Positions 1-9,549 of a stretch of 64,000 nt of DNA are shown piece by piece; position 1 is the first letter of the stretch; each line of letters starts with the position of its first letter. The translations under genes were made by a program, and so were the position numbers. Source of the stretch: an uncultured Spirochaetales bacterium (GTDB lineage: Bacteria; Spirochaetota; Spirochaetia; JAFGXN01); NCBI GenBank assembly GCA_949289575.1, contig CASEOG010000001.1, positions 105,730 to 169,729 on the forward strand. Reading direction: 5' to 3'. Below the pieces are notes generated by a model. It was not told where the DNA came from, ran no database searches, and worked only from the letters and a program-made list of their open reading frames with translations.

Positions 1-653
1 GTTCTCACCTGCCTTACGAAGAAAACGTGGCTCTGACCAAAAAAGTCTGCGAATATGCACACTCGCAGAAAGATTATGTAACGGTTGAAGGAGAACTCGG
101 TGTTCTCGCCGGTGTCGAGGACGAGGTTTCCCACGAGCATTCGAATTACACCAGCCCCGATGAAGTCGAAGATTTCGTCAAGAAAACGGGTGTCGATTCT
201 CTCGCCATTTCCATCGGAACTTCTCACGGCGCCAACAAATTCAAGCCGGAACAGTGCACAAGAAACGCCGACGGCATTCTGATTCCGCCTCCTCTCCGTT
301 TTGACATTTTGGAAGAAATCGAAAAGAGAATTCCGGGATTCCCGATTGTTCTTCACGGCTCTTCTTCCGTTCCTCAGGATCAGGTGGCGATTATCAACGC
401 CAACGGCGGTAAACTGAAAGACGCTATCGGTATTCCCGAAGAAGAACTGCGCAAAGCCGCCAAATCGGCTGTCTGCAAAATCAACATCGATTCCGACGGT
501 CGTCTGGCTATGACCGCCGCTATCCGCAAAGTGTTCAACGACAACCCCGCGGAATTCGACCCCCGCAAATATTTGGGGCCCGCACGCGATTCTCTGCGCG
601 AGTTGTACAAAAAGAAAAACATCAACGTTTTGGGATCGGCCGGACAGGCTTAA
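1..653 (+). CDS. fba: Class II fructose-1,6-bisphosphate aldolase, 5'-truncated by the window edge
   Basis: Motifs VEGELGVLAG, LAISIGTSHG, PIVLHGSSS, KINIDSDGR, FDPRKYLGPAR; frame stays open back to position 3 (SHLPYEEN). Confidence 0.96.
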   Translation, partial: SHLPYEENVALTKKVCEYAHSQKDYVTVEGELGVLAGVEDEVSHEHSNYTSPDEVEDFVKKTGVDSLAISIGTSHGANKFKPEQCTRNADGILIPPPLRFDILEEIEKRIPGFPIVLHGSSSVPQDQVAIINANGGKLKDAIGIPEEELRKAAKSAVCKINIDSDGRLAMTAAIRKVFNDNPAEFDPRKYLGPARDSLRELYKKKNINVLGSAGQA

Positions 654-666
654 TCCCGTATACGGG

Positions 667-698
667 AAAAAAGGACCGGGAAGCCGGTCCTTTTTTTT
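667..698 (+). terminator. Intrinsic terminator after fba
   Basis: A6-GGACCGG-gaag-CCGGTCC-T8 hairpin. Confidence 0.9.
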
Positions 699-735
699 CT
701 TTACAATCCGCATAAAATATGGAATAATAAATAAC

Positions 736-2163
736 ATGAAAAAGGGAAATCTGCTTTTGTCCGGGAACCGTATTGTTGCCGTTGATTTTTTTCGGGGACT
801 GGCTATCATCGGAGTGGTACTGACACACTGTCTGATTTACGGCGTTTTTTATTCTGTCGGAAATGCTTTGGCGACAGTTCCGCCCTATCTTTTAGCCGTT
901 CTTTTCCCCGTTGTTCTGATTGCTCCGATGGCCGGACTCTTTGCCTTCATCAGCGTCACGGCGAATACCTTTACGGCCCTCAGGCGATTCTCCGAAGGTC
1001 ATTCCCGAAAGCATGTTTTGCAGCCGTTACTGCTGACATCGGCAGCATTGATTCCCGTCCACTTCATCTTCTCGCTCCTTTTTAAGAATTCCAGTGCCTC
1101 CATGTTCGATCCGAAACTGTCGCTCGATACAATCATTCCGGCATCTATCCGACAGGGGCAGCCTGTATTCCCCCGTTTCGAAAATCTTCTCTTTATGGAC
1201 GCCATGGCTATGATTGCCATGAGCGGACTGGCGGCCGCCGCCATTTTAGCATTCATTCTCAAAAAGAAACCGCCGCGCGACAAAACACTCCGCTGCCTGG
1301 CTTATGCCGGATTTATCTCGATTCTGCTCTCTCCTTTTGTCTGGTATCTGTTTTGGGTTCCTTTTAAATATTTGTATTTCACCGAATTTCCGTTAAGACT
1401 GCTCTCCGTTCCTTTGTCGTTTTTTGCCGCACGCATGCACTGTCTTCCGGGAATTTTCCCTTTTGTTGTTTTCGGAATTTGGTTCGGCATTCTCCTTCAG
1501 TCACGTCCGTCTTACGAAGAACTCAAAAAGAAGACAACACCGATAGCGGCGGCTTCGCTGATTCTTTTTCTGATTTTCAGCGGATTGAAACTGTTTCTGA
1601 CAATCGGAAACGAAACCGCTTTTGTCCTTTGGCTGAGCCGCTCGGGGATTTTATCCGTTTTTTCCGAAAATACTCCCGGAATCGTAACGGGAAATATCGG
1701 AAACGCTTTTTTGGATTATAAAGCACTCCCGGTCGAATTTCAATTTTTCGGGATCGCGCTTTCCTTTCTGGGATTCCCCTTTCTTCTGAAAATCTTCGAC
1801 TACCGTTCCGACGAAACAAAACCGCTGTCCGTTTCCCGCCTCAAACCGGTTCTTCGTTTCGGAACCCTTTCGCTGACGGTTTTTGTCTGCGAAACCCCGG
1901 TTCATACTGTTTTTGCCAAAATAATCCACACTCTTTCCGGGGCGCCCGTTCCCGATATGGCCGATATTCAACCCGATTTTTTTATGACGCACCCGCCCGT
2001 CTGGATTGCCTACGCTGTTTTTATGATTCTGCTCTGGGCCGTTATTTTAAAATTCTGGGAAAAACCCGGATACCGATTCAGTCTCGAATGGATTCTGACA
2101 AAAGCTATGTCTCCGTTTCGCAAAATCCGCTCGGAAAAACTGCCGCAGGAAAAAAGCCGGTAA
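736..2163 (+). CDS. Polytopic membrane protein, acyltransferase-like (DUF1624/DUF418/HGSNAT-like N-terminus)
   Basis: N-terminal RIVAVDFFRGLAIIGVVLTH, about 11 hydrophobic segments, C-terminal G.LSLT.F and SLEWIL motifs. Confidence 0.65.
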   Translation: MKKGNLLLSGNRIVAVDFFRGLAIIGVVLTHCLIYGVFYSVGNALATVPPYLLAVLFPVVLIAPMAGLFAFISVTANTFTALRRFSEGHSRKHVLQPLLLTSAALIPVHFIFSLLFKNSSASMFDPKLSLDTIIPASIRQGQPVFPRFENLLFMDAMAMIAMSGLAAAAILAFILKKKPPRDKTLRCLAYAGFISILLSPFVWYLFWVPFKYLYFTEFPLRLLSVPLSFFAARMHCLPGIFPFVVFGIWFGILLQSRPSYEELKKKTTPIAAASLILFLIFSGLKLFLTIGNETAFVLWLSRSGILSVFSENTPGIVTGNIGNAFLDYKALPVEFQFFGIALSFLGFPFLLKIFDYRSDETKPLSVSRLKPVLRFGTLSLTVFVCETPVHTVFAKIIHTLSGAPVPDMADIQPDFFMTHPPVWIAYAVFMILLWAVILKFWEKPGYRFSLEWILTKAMSPFRKIRSEKLPQEKSR

Positions 2164-2166
2164 AAC

Positions 2167-3189
2167 CTATTCAATCAGCTCGCTGTATACGGCTCTGAGC
2201 AGTCTTAAATCGGGTGTATCCTGGGCAATATGCCATATCATGACCCCCCCGAAAGTACGGGCGTAATGACTTTTTTCGCGAATCAGTTTGAGACTGTTGT
2301 AAGTGATGACCTGTCGGCCGCCCTCGGGGGTATCGAGTGTCAGAAAGTCCTCTTTTACCGACTTGCCGGGATACCATTCGTGTACATCGCGGAAAGTCAC
2401 CGATCCCTGGCTGACAGTATTTCCATGCGCATCGAAAGTTCTCTGCCAGCCGTAAAACGGCACGCCGATAACCAGTTTGGAGCGGTCGATTCCGCGCCGG
2501 TTCTGCCAGTAGTCAATCGTTTTTTCCACATGGGCAAACGAAGAATGATCTTTCAGTTCCTTGTCGAAAAGTCCGGACTCATTGTAAATCATCAAATTTA
2601 AGAAATCGAATGCGGTGACAGCCGCATCACTCATTTTTCGGGCGCCCCAATATCCGAAAGCCCCCGAAAGCCGGTACGGTTTATCGGAAACCGCTTTTGC
2701 CAGAGCCGTCACAAAATGGTTGTATTCGGGAATCATCATATCGCCCTCAAAATCGAGATCGATTCCGTCAATCCCGTACGAATCCGCGAACCGCAGCAAT
2801 GCGTCAATAATCACCCGGTGACGGCCGGATCGAAACAGCTGCAGATAGCGTTGCCCCACTTCGGTCTTTGACGTAACATGTCCGCCGCCGATTGAAATAA
2901 AAACACGGGTCTGCCTGGCATGAGCCTTTGCAATAAATTTTCTCAACTCGAAGGGAGTTACTCTCGGTGCCGAAATCTGTCCGTTTCGGTCGAGATTAAA
3001 AAACCATAAATTAATATGCGTCAGATACTCGATTCCCGGATTATACTGTTCGAGCATAATGGCGGCCGCCGGAAAATAGCCGACAACGCGACGGGCTCCC
3101 AGAGCCGATTTATCGGTTTCCGGACGGGTCAGACATCCGCTCAAAAGAAAGAGAATCATCCATAAAAATATGAACCCTTTTTTATTCAC
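2167..3189 (-). CDS. GH18 chitinase-like lipoprotein
   Basis: DGIDLDFE catalytic motif, [22 protein letters not shown]; lipobox LSG-C; GTG start at 3189 behind AGGAG. Confidence 0.88.
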   Translation of the reverse strand: MNKKGFIFLWMILFLLSGCLTRPETDKSALGARRVVGYFPAAAIMLEQYNPGIEYLTHINLWFFNLDRNGQISAPRVTPFELRKFIAKAHARQTRVFISIGGGHVTSKTEVGQRYLQLFRSGRHRVIIDALLRFADSYGIDGIDLDFEGDMMIPEYNHFVTALAKAVSDKPYRLSGAFGYWGARKMSDAAVTAFDFLNLMIYNESGLFDKELKDHSSFAHVEKTIDYWQNRRGIDRSKLVIGVPFYGWQRTFDAHGNTVSQGSVTFRDVHEWYPGKSVKEDFLTLDTPEGGRQVITYNSLKLIREKSHYARTFGGVMIWHIAQDTPDLRLLRAVYSELIE

Positions 3190-3251
3190 AAAATCTCCTT
3201 TTCTCAATTTTATCCGGTCTTTATCCGATAAACAAATCGGAGGAAAACCGA

Positions 3252-3740
3252 ATGAAACGCACCGACTATATCAACTGGGACGAATATTTTATGGGGGTAG
3301 CCCTGCTCTCCGCCAAACGAAGCAAAGATCCGTCAACCCAAGTCGGGGCCTGCATTGTTAATACCGACAATGTGATTGTCGGTACCGGATACAACGGTTT
3401 TCCGAAAGGCTGCAGCGACGAAATGTTTCCGTGGGACCGCACCGGCAATTTCCTGGAAACCAAATATCCGTACGTCTGTCATGCCGAACTGAATGCCATA
3501 CTGAACTCCGCATCGCGAACACTGAAAGGCTGCCGGATTTATGTCGGTCTGTTTCCCTGTAACGAATGCGCCAAGGCGATTATTCAGTCGGGCATTACGG
3601 AAATTATCTTTATTTCTGATAAGTATGCAGATACGGATGGTGTGAAAGCCTCAAAACGCATGCTGACCGAAGCAGGTGTTACATTCAGACCCCTCTCAAC
3701 CCGACGAAAAACAGTGACAATAGACTACGGAATTGTATAG
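3252..3740 (+). CDS. dCMP deaminase
   Basis: [34 protein letters not shown] zinc motifs. Confidence 0.95.
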   Translation: MKRTDYINWDEYFMGVALLSAKRSKDPSTQVGACIVNTDNVIVGTGYNGFPKGCSDEMFPWDRTGNFLETKYPYVCHAELNAILNSASRTLKGCRIYVGLFPCNECAKAIIQSGITEIIFISDKYADTDGVKASKRMLTEAGVTFRPLSTRRKTVTIDYGIV

Positions 3741-3782
3741 GCCGAATCTTTCGGAAAATAAAATTATTTTTAAAAATTATAA

Positions 3783-3811
3783 TTGACTATAATCATTTTT
3801 GGGTTTAAAAT
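3783..3811 (+). promoter_or_regulatory. Sigma70-type promoter for tyrA and the epimerase gene
   Basis: TTGACT(3783-3788)-N17-TAAAAT(3806-3811) in an AT-rich intergenic region. Confidence 0.65.
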
Positions 3812-3842
3812 CAAGATACTATTCTTAAATAAGAGGAAGATT

Positions 3843-4649
3843 GTGCGGATTTTAATCCTCGGTGCCGGAAAAATGGGGCGCTGGCTTTCCGATTCACTCT
3901 GTCTCGACGAAGAAACCGCGGTTTTCGACACAGACAAGACAAAACTGAAATATCTGTTCAACGTCCGTCGCCTGACGGAAGGTGACGAAATTCGGCAATT
4001 CGATCCGGAACTGGTTATTAATGCGGCCGGATTATCACAAACGGAAAATGCCTTTCGTTTTGCAATTCCTTTCTTATCGGAAAAGTGCATCCTTTCGGAT
4101 ATCGCTTCCGTAAAAAATAACCTTGAAGAATTTTACCGCTCTTCCGGCTTCCGTTTTGCATCATCGCATCCGATGTTCGGGCCGACTTTTGCCAACATCG
4201 GAGATCTCCGTTCGCAGACAGCCATCCTGATTAAAGAATCCTGTCCGGAAGGACACCGGTTTTTTCGAAATTTCTATCAAAAACTGAATGTTCGGGTCTT
4301 CGAAGCCGGTTTCAGCGAACACGACAGGCTGACAGCTTATTCTCTGTCGACTCCATTTGCCGCAACGCTGGCATTTGTCTCCTGTCTGAAACCGATACCG
4401 GCACCGGGGACGACCTTCAAAAAACACATGGAGATTGCCGACGGCCTGCTCTCCGAAGACGATGAACTTCTGACGGAAATTCTTTTCAATAAATACAGTG
4501 CCGATCAGATCGGAGAAATCGGAAAAACTCTCGACCGACTCCTTGAATGGATTATCAAACGCGATTCCGTAGCATTAAAAAAATATTTAAACGACCTCAG
4601 AACAGAATGGGAGAACTACAAAAATGTCTTATGCCGGTTTGGAAAATGA
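3843..4649 (+). CDS. tyrA: Prephenate dehydrogenase, stand-alone
   Basis: GTG start after GAGGA; ILILGAGKMG Rossmann motif, DIASVK, HPMFGP, EHD. Confidence 0.88.
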   Translation: MRILILGAGKMGRWLSDSLCLDEETAVFDTDKTKLKYLFNVRRLTEGDEIRQFDPELVINAAGLSQTENAFRFAIPFLSEKCILSDIASVKNNLEEFYRSSGFRFASSHPMFGPTFANIGDLRSQTAILIKESCPEGHRFFRNFYQKLNVRVFEAGFSEHDRLTAYSLSTPFAATLAFVSCLKPIPAPGTTFKKHMEIADGLLSEDDELLTEILFNKYSADQIGEIGKTLDRLLEWIIKRDSVALKKYLNDLRTEWENYKNVLCRFGK

Positions 4650-5490
4650 CGAGCTGAAAATTCTGATTTCCTCGCACGGAGCCGAACTGCAGTCTCTTTA
4701 CTGCAAGAACAATTCGACAGAATATTTATGGCAGGGAAATCCCGATTTCTGGGGAAGACGCGCACCGCATCTCTTCCCGATTATCGGCGGACTGAAAGAC
4801 GGCTATTTTATTTACGACACAAAATCTTACACCATGGGAAACCACGGTTTTGCGCGCGACAGCTCGTTTGCGGTCGAATACCCTTCTTTAAAGAAAGCCG
4901 TGTTTACCTTGGACGAAGAAAAAGAAAACTATCCGTTCCGCTACCGGTTCACGGTCACCTACTCGCTGAAAAAAAACAGACTGAAAATAACTTATACGGT
5001 TAAAAATACCGACAAACGCAAAATTTACTTTTCGGTGGGCGGACATCCCGCCTTTGCCTGTCCTATTGATCCGACCTTAAAGTACACCGACTACTTTATC
5101 GAATTCGACAAACACGAAAGCGGTGAACTGCTCCTCATCAAAAACGATCTGGCAGACGGAACAAGATACTTCCCTTTAAAAGACAAAAAAATTCCGCTGA
5201 TTCATTCGCTGTTTACACAGGACGCACTGGTGTTCGATCATCCCAAATCCCAAAAGTTCCGCTTGCGAAGCATCAAAGACAGCCGCCAAATCGAAATGAA
5301 AATCAAAAATTTCGAATCGATCGCATTCTGGTCGAAACCGAAAGAAGGAGCCGATTTTATCTGTTTCGAACCGTGGTGCGGAATCGACGATAGGGCCGAC
5401 AGCAATCACCAGCTCGAATCCAAATGGAAAATCCGCTGCCTGAAACCGGGAAAGAAATTCAAATGCTCCTATCTCATAACCGTTAACTGA
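4624..5490 (+). CDS. Aldose 1-epimerase family protein (LacX-like)
   Basis: GAELQS, EYLWQG..FW...AP.LFPIIG, HGFARD, GGHPAF, FICFEPW. Confidence 0.92.
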   Translation: MSYAGLENDELKILISSHGAELQSLYCKNNSTEYLWQGNPDFWGRRAPHLFPIIGGLKDGYFIYDTKSYTMGNHGFARDSSFAVEYPSLKKAVFTLDEEKENYPFRYRFTVTYSLKKNRLKITYTVKNTDKRKIYFSVGGHPAFACPIDPTLKYTDYFIEFDKHESGELLLIKNDLADGTRYFPLKDKKIPLIHSLFTQDALVFDHPKSQKFRLRSIKDSRQIEMKIKNFESIAFWSKPKEGADFICFEPWCGIDDRADSNHQLESKWKIRCLKPGKKFKCSYLITVN

Positions 5491-5517
5491 AAAAAGCTGC
5501 CGAAAGGCAGCTTTTTT
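5490..5517. terminator. Bidirectional intrinsic terminator between convergent genes
   Basis: A6-GCTGCC-gaaa-GGCAGC-T6. Confidence 0.92.
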
Positions 5518-5540
5518 CGATTATTCGCACATCATCGGTC

Positions 5541-6134
5541 TCAATTCGTATTCTTTCGTTTCAGCCAGTTGACCAGTAAACCGTTAAAAATAAAAAGGGC
5601 ACAGCTGAACCAGATTAAAGAAAAGAAATATCCGATCAATTTCTCGAATAAATCGGAATTGACCCCGCCGATAATCCACATCACAACAGCGATGGACAGC
5701 ATCACAACGCCGTCAATCAGAAAACCGATTGCACCTTTATACGCTTTTGTCAGATACCAAAAATAGAGACTGAAAACCGACGCGGCAAAAATACAGAACG
5801 AAATAATCCATGTCAGTCCCCGTAAAATATCGGCGGAGAAAAATGTGCAGACAATGCCCAAAATCAGAAAGAAAAGCCCTGCGGCTATCGGAAAAAAAAG
5901 ACCGTAAATTGTTTTCCTGATGACACCGTAAACAATCGTAAAAGCTCCCAGCATCATGGAAAGAATTCCGAAAAAAACGATGACGATCTGCGGAAGCTGC
6001 GAGGCAAAAACAGCCGTCAGAATACCGGCAAGCAGAAACAGAACGCCGGCGGCGACATAGCCTTTTCTCGAAAACTGATCGACAATACTGACTTCACGGA
6101 TTTCGATTTCGGGAACGATATCTTCCATAAACAA
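5541..6134 (-). CDS. Six-TM membrane protein, HdeD/DUF308-like
   Basis: Six hydrophobic helices with repeated G..(F/L)L..GI patterns; RBS GGAGG. Confidence 0.6.
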   Translation of the reverse strand: MFMEDIVPEIEIREVSIVDQFSRKGYVAAGVLFLLAGILTAVFASQLPQIVIVFFGILSMMLGAFTIVYGVIRKTIYGLFFPIAAGLFFLILGIVCTFFSADILRGLTWIISFCIFAASVFSLYFWYLTKAYKGAIGFLIDGVVMLSIAVVMWIIGGVNSDLFEKLIGYFFSLIWFSCALFIFNGLLVNWLKRKNTN

Positions 6135-6196
6135 AGCCCTCCGTTAAGGTTTATATTATTAATATAGCGATTCTCCTTTAAATTGTAAACCGCATT

Positions 6197-7090
6197 TCAG
6201 GAAAAAATTATCCGACGCATTGTCTCCGTATCCCGCGGAGAAACAAGATGACGGTTCGGTATTTTGCGGAAAAAAGTCATCTGACGCTTGGCATACCGCC
6301 GCGAATGCCGCTGAATCAGATCTCTCACTTCATCTTCGTCATCGGATAAGAAAAATTCGGAATAGCCGATGGCTTTCATTCCCGGCATTTCCGACGTATA
6401 CCCGCACCCGCAAAGAGAGCGCCACTCGTCCGCCAGCCCCTGCTCAAACATCATATCGACCCGCCTGTTGATACGGGCGTACAGCTCGTCTCGGGGACGG
6501 GTCAGCTCGATAATTTTAATATCATAATCGGTTCGCGGCGACGGCTCCGTCGAAAAGGAAGAGAGCGGACGTCCGCTGCTGCGGTAAACTTCCAAGGCAC
6601 GGGTCAGGCGGTAGGTATCGCCGGCGGGAATACGGGCAGCCGTAACCGGATCGCAACGGCGTAATTCCTCGTATAAGCGCTCCCGCCCGCCGGACAGAAT
6701 CTCCCGACGGAGTGTTTCGGCCGTCTCGCGGTTTGTCGGCGGCGCCTCCGGCAGTCCGTACAGAAAATTCAAAAAGTAAAAAGCCGTTCCGCCCGAAATG
6801 ACAGGAAGAGCCCCTTTATCCAGAATCCCGGGAATCAGCCGTTCGGCTTCCGTAACGAAATCGCCGGCATGAAACTGTTCATCGGGATTGCGGATATCAA
6901 TCAGGTGATGCGGAATGCGTTTCAGAAAACCGGCATCCGGTTTGGCCGTTCCGATATTCATTCCTCTGTAAACCTGCATCGAGTCGGCACTGATAATTTC
7001 GATATTTAACGAAGCAAGATCGGCCAGACACTCCGTTTTTCCGACAGCTGTCGGACCGAAAAGAAAAACAACGGCAGGTTTATTCGTCAC
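6197..7090 (-). CDS. miaA: tRNA dimethylallyltransferase
   Basis: GPTAVGKT, SADSMQVYRGMNIGTAKP, GGTAFY, RRYAKRQMTF; likely GTG start at 7090 overlapping the rpoZ end. Confidence 0.96.
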   Translation of the reverse strand: MTNKPAVVFLFGPTAVGKTECLADLASLNIEIISADSMQVYRGMNIGTAKPDAGFLKRIPHHLIDIRNPDEQFHAGDFVTEAERLIPGILDKGALPVISGGTAFYFLNFLYGLPEAPPTNRETAETLRREILSGGRERLYEELRRCDPVTAARIPAGDTYRLTRALEVYRSSGRPLSSFSTEPSPRTDYDIKIIELTRPRDELYARINRRVDMMFEQGLADEWRSLCGCGYTSEMPGMKAIGYSEFFLSDDEDEVRDLIQRHSRRYAKRQMTFFRKIPNRHLVSPRDTETMRRIIFS

Positions 7091-7277
7091 CGAGAGAGAA
7101 TTCGACCTCGCCATCGAGAATTTCGCGAATGGCTTCCGAACAAATTTTGACATCCTCTTTCAGATTTTCCGGATGTTTGGTCAGCGCATCGGCCCGCTTT
7201 ACCATCGCATTCGTCATTTCGTAAAAGTTGCCGTTATAATCCACCATTTTATTCAAAGGAATCACAGATTCGGTCAT
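7080..7277 (-). CDS. rpoZ: RNA polymerase omega subunit, short spirochaete type
   Basis: 65 aa with N.YE......KRA and K....AI.EI..G; lies between yicC/kinase and miaA; own TATAAT and AGGAG. Confidence 0.8.
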   Translation of the reverse strand: MTESVIPLNKMVDYNGNFYEMTNAMVKRADALTKHPENLKEDVKICSEAIREILDGEVEFSLGDE

Positions 7278-7306
7278 TCGATACTCCTTTTTTCATTATA
7301 CACGAT

Positions 7307-7840
7307 TCAATCCGCTTTGTAAACGGCTTCGATAATTTCGGCAACAATTTGTTCCGGATTTTTATCCGAGGTATCGATAATCAGGTCGCAGAAAGCGTAA
7401 TCGTTGTTGTCGATATTGTACAGACGGCGGTAACGATTGCTGTCGCGCTCATCGCGTGCTTCCGTTTCCGCGGCACGTTCTTTCGCACAACCGCCTTCTC
7501 TGTTGTGCACACGGGATGCTCTGACTGCGGCCGGCGCATACAGATAGACTTTTAAATCGGCATCTTTCAAAAGCCAGACTGCCAAACGGGAACCGAGGAC
7601 CACACCGCCTTCGGAAGCCAGCCGAATTTGTTTTTCGTCGAGCGCATAGTCGTACGACGGATCGCTTTCCGCTTTGCGGCAGAATTCCGCGAACGGGATT
7701 CCCGCTTCCTCCGCCATGTTGTGGAACGTGTAGTTAATCAGCTTCAGCCCCAGTTTATCGGCCAGAAGCCGGCTGACTGTCGAATTACCGCAGCCGCTTT
7801 TTCCCGATACGGCGATTTTTATTTTCGATAAATCTTTCAT
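7307..7840 (-). CDS. Archaeal-type cytidylate kinase-like nucleotide kinase
   Basis: IAVSGKSGCGNST P-loop, GSRLA, ADLKVYL, RY..LYNID, DLIIDT; ATG at 7840 behind AGGA. Confidence 0.85.
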   Translation of the reverse strand: MKDLSKIKIAVSGKSGCGNSTVSRLLADKLGLKLINYTFHNMAEEAGIPFAEFCRKAESDPSYDYALDEKQIRLASEGGVVLGSRLAVWLLKDADLKVYLYAPAAVRASRVHNREGGCAKERAAETEARDERDSNRYRRLYNIDNNDYAFCDLIIDTSDKNPEQIVAEIIEAVYKAD

Positions 7841-7853
7841 CAAATTTTCCTTT

Positions 7854-8723
7854 TTATTCGACATTCCGCAACTGTTCGCGAAAATCTTCCAGTGCATCTT
7901 TGATATCGACAACGGCCTGTGTCATTTCGACAAAGAGCGCTTTCGATGCGGCGGTATTGGCTTCCCTGTTGATTTCCTGAGCGAGAAAATCGAGTTTTTT
8001 CCCGACCGGACCGTCGGCGGTCAGAAGGCGCCGGCATTCCGTCAGGTGAACGGAAAGCCGCTCGGTTTCCTCGCTGACGGAAAAACGAACCAGAGAAGCC
8101 GCCAGTTCCTGATAAAAACGGTCACACTCGGCCGCATCACCCAAAATCTCGCGAAACCGGCTGCGCAGGAGATCTTTTAATTTCTCTTCGTTCCGCGACT
8201 GAAAAGAACAGAGGACGGAAAGCCGGTTCTCGATAATATCGAGACGGGACGATAAAAAACGGGCCGTCGCTTCCCCTTCCCGACGCCGTTCCGCCTCAAA
8301 CGCCGTCAGCGCCCGAGCCAGCGCACGCACGGCCAGCCGGCACGGAAGAGAGGTGTCGGCAGATCCCGATCCGCTTCCGGTCATTCCGGGAAGACGCACC
8401 AGAGCGTCGGGACGCGGGGATTCGGCATCGGGGAAAAAGTGCCGGAGACGGGCAAAAACAGCGGCATAAGCCTGCGCCTGATCCTCGTTGAGCACCGGAA
8501 TATCGGCCGGCGCATTTTCGGTAACCGTAAAAAGCAGCTCAACCCGACCGCGGCCGACCCGCCCCTGAACCGCCCGGCGCAAATCCCCTTCCGCGTCCGC
8601 CAGCTGCGGCGGCAAAGAAAGTTTCAGGTCAAGATAACGGTTATTGTAAGATTTGATACGTACGGAAACAGTCACATCACCTTCCGTCTCTTCCGCCGCA
8701 GCAAAACCGGTCATTCCGATCAT
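7854..8723 (-). CDS. yicC: YicC/YloC family endoribonuclease
   Basis: MTGF, SYNNRYLD, RGRVE, GKKLDFLAQEINREANT..SK, REQLRNVE. Confidence 0.93.
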   Translation of the reverse strand: MIGMTGFAAAEETEGDVTVSVRIKSYNNRYLDLKLSLPPQLADAEGDLRRAVQGRVGRGRVELLFTVTENAPADIPVLNEDQAQAYAAVFARLRHFFPDAESPRPDALVRLPGMTGSGSGSADTSLPCRLAVRALARALTAFEAERRREGEATARFLSSRLDIIENRLSVLCSFQSRNEEKLKDLLRSRFREILGDAAECDRFYQELAASLVRFSVSEETERLSVHLTECRRLLTADGPVGKKLDFLAQEINREANTAASKALFVEMTQAVVDIKDALEDFREQLRNVE

Positions 8724-8793
8724 CGGATCCCCCTTTTCAGACGATTGTACTCCAATCATAATCCAAGGAACCGGATTCGTCAATCCGTTTCAC

Positions 8794-8821
8794 AAAAAAA
8801 GGCGGGAGATCTCCCGCCTTT
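8794..8821 (-). terminator. Intrinsic terminator after the 8842-9483 lipoprotein gene
   Basis: GGCGGGAG-at-CTCCCGCC with A7 on the plus-strand left side (T7 on minus). Confidence 0.85.
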
Positions 8822-8841
8822 GAACGTTTAAGACGCCATTG

Positions 8842-9483
8842 TTACGGCGTGCTTCTGTCCCAAATCGTAAAATAGCCGCTGCTTTTTGTCCCGTTGTATG
8901 TCAGCTCAGCTTTCCGTCGTTCCCCCATCGGAGGAAGCGAGGAGGAAAGGGTCGCATAATAATAATGGATATTGACCGATCCTTCCTTAACAACCAGCGC
9001 AATCTGAATATCGGCGGGTTTTCGTCTTATCTCAAACGTTCTCGAAGCGGTTTCCCCTTCCGTGTAGGCCTTGAGTTTATATCTGTACCGGTCGGCTGCC
9101 GTAAAAGAAACCTCATCGGACAAAAGACAGATATCGGCGACCCATTTTTCGTCTCCCCCATTAACGACAGACGAGACGGAAAAAGGAAGATAATACTCTT
9201 TGTTCCCGGATACAGTTACCTGCACACATCCGATATCCTCTTTTTCCGACAATGATGCCGATGCGACGTTTTTGACAAAATCGCCGCCGTCAATTTTCCC
9301 GTCGAAATCGGAAAAATGAGAAACATCAATCCGGCTTTGAAACAGCAAAGAGCCGTCTTCACCCGTAACCGACAACTCATGCCGGTAATAATTGTCATTT
9401 GCTTCACCGCCGACCTCAATCGGCTCGCAGGACAAAAAGGAAAAAACAAAAAACAGACAGCTTAAATGAAAAATATAGCGCAT
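8842..9483 (-). CDS. Hypothetical lipoprotein
   Basis: MRYIFHLSCLFFVFSFLS-C lipobox, RBS AGGAG, own terminator; no family recognised. Confidence 0.75.
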   Translation of the reverse strand: MRYIFHLSCLFFVFSFLSCEPIEVGGEANDNYYRHELSVTGEDGSLLFQSRIDVSHFSDFDGKIDGGDFVKNVASASLSEKEDIGCVQVTVSGNKEYYLPFSVSSVVNGGDEKWVADICLLSDEVSFTAADRYRYKLKAYTEGETASRTFEIRRKPADIQIALVVKEGSVNIHYYYATLSSSLPPMGERRKAELTYNGTKSSGYFTIWDRSTP

Positions 9484-9502
9484 AAATAGTCTCCTAAAAC
9501 AT

Positions 9503-9520
9503 TAATAGATTAAACTAATA
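9503..9520. promoter_or_regulatory. Putative DtxR/MntR-like operator, copy 1
   Basis: TAGATTAAACTAAT at 9506-9519, identical to 20525-20538, about 23 bp upstream of ATG 9483. Confidence 0.6.
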
Positions 9521-9549
9521 AATTAATCAAGGACTATTTTTATTTTTCG

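Noticed and set aside
654-667. Perfect palindrome TCCCGTATACGGGA after the fba stop
   Set aside because: Single occurrence abutting the terminator; no evidence for an operator or repeat family
3776-3793. ATTATA-N6-TATAAT palindrome as a third copy of the lipoprotein operator
   Set aside because: Lacks the TTAG/CTAA core and is easily explained by AT-rich promoter sequence
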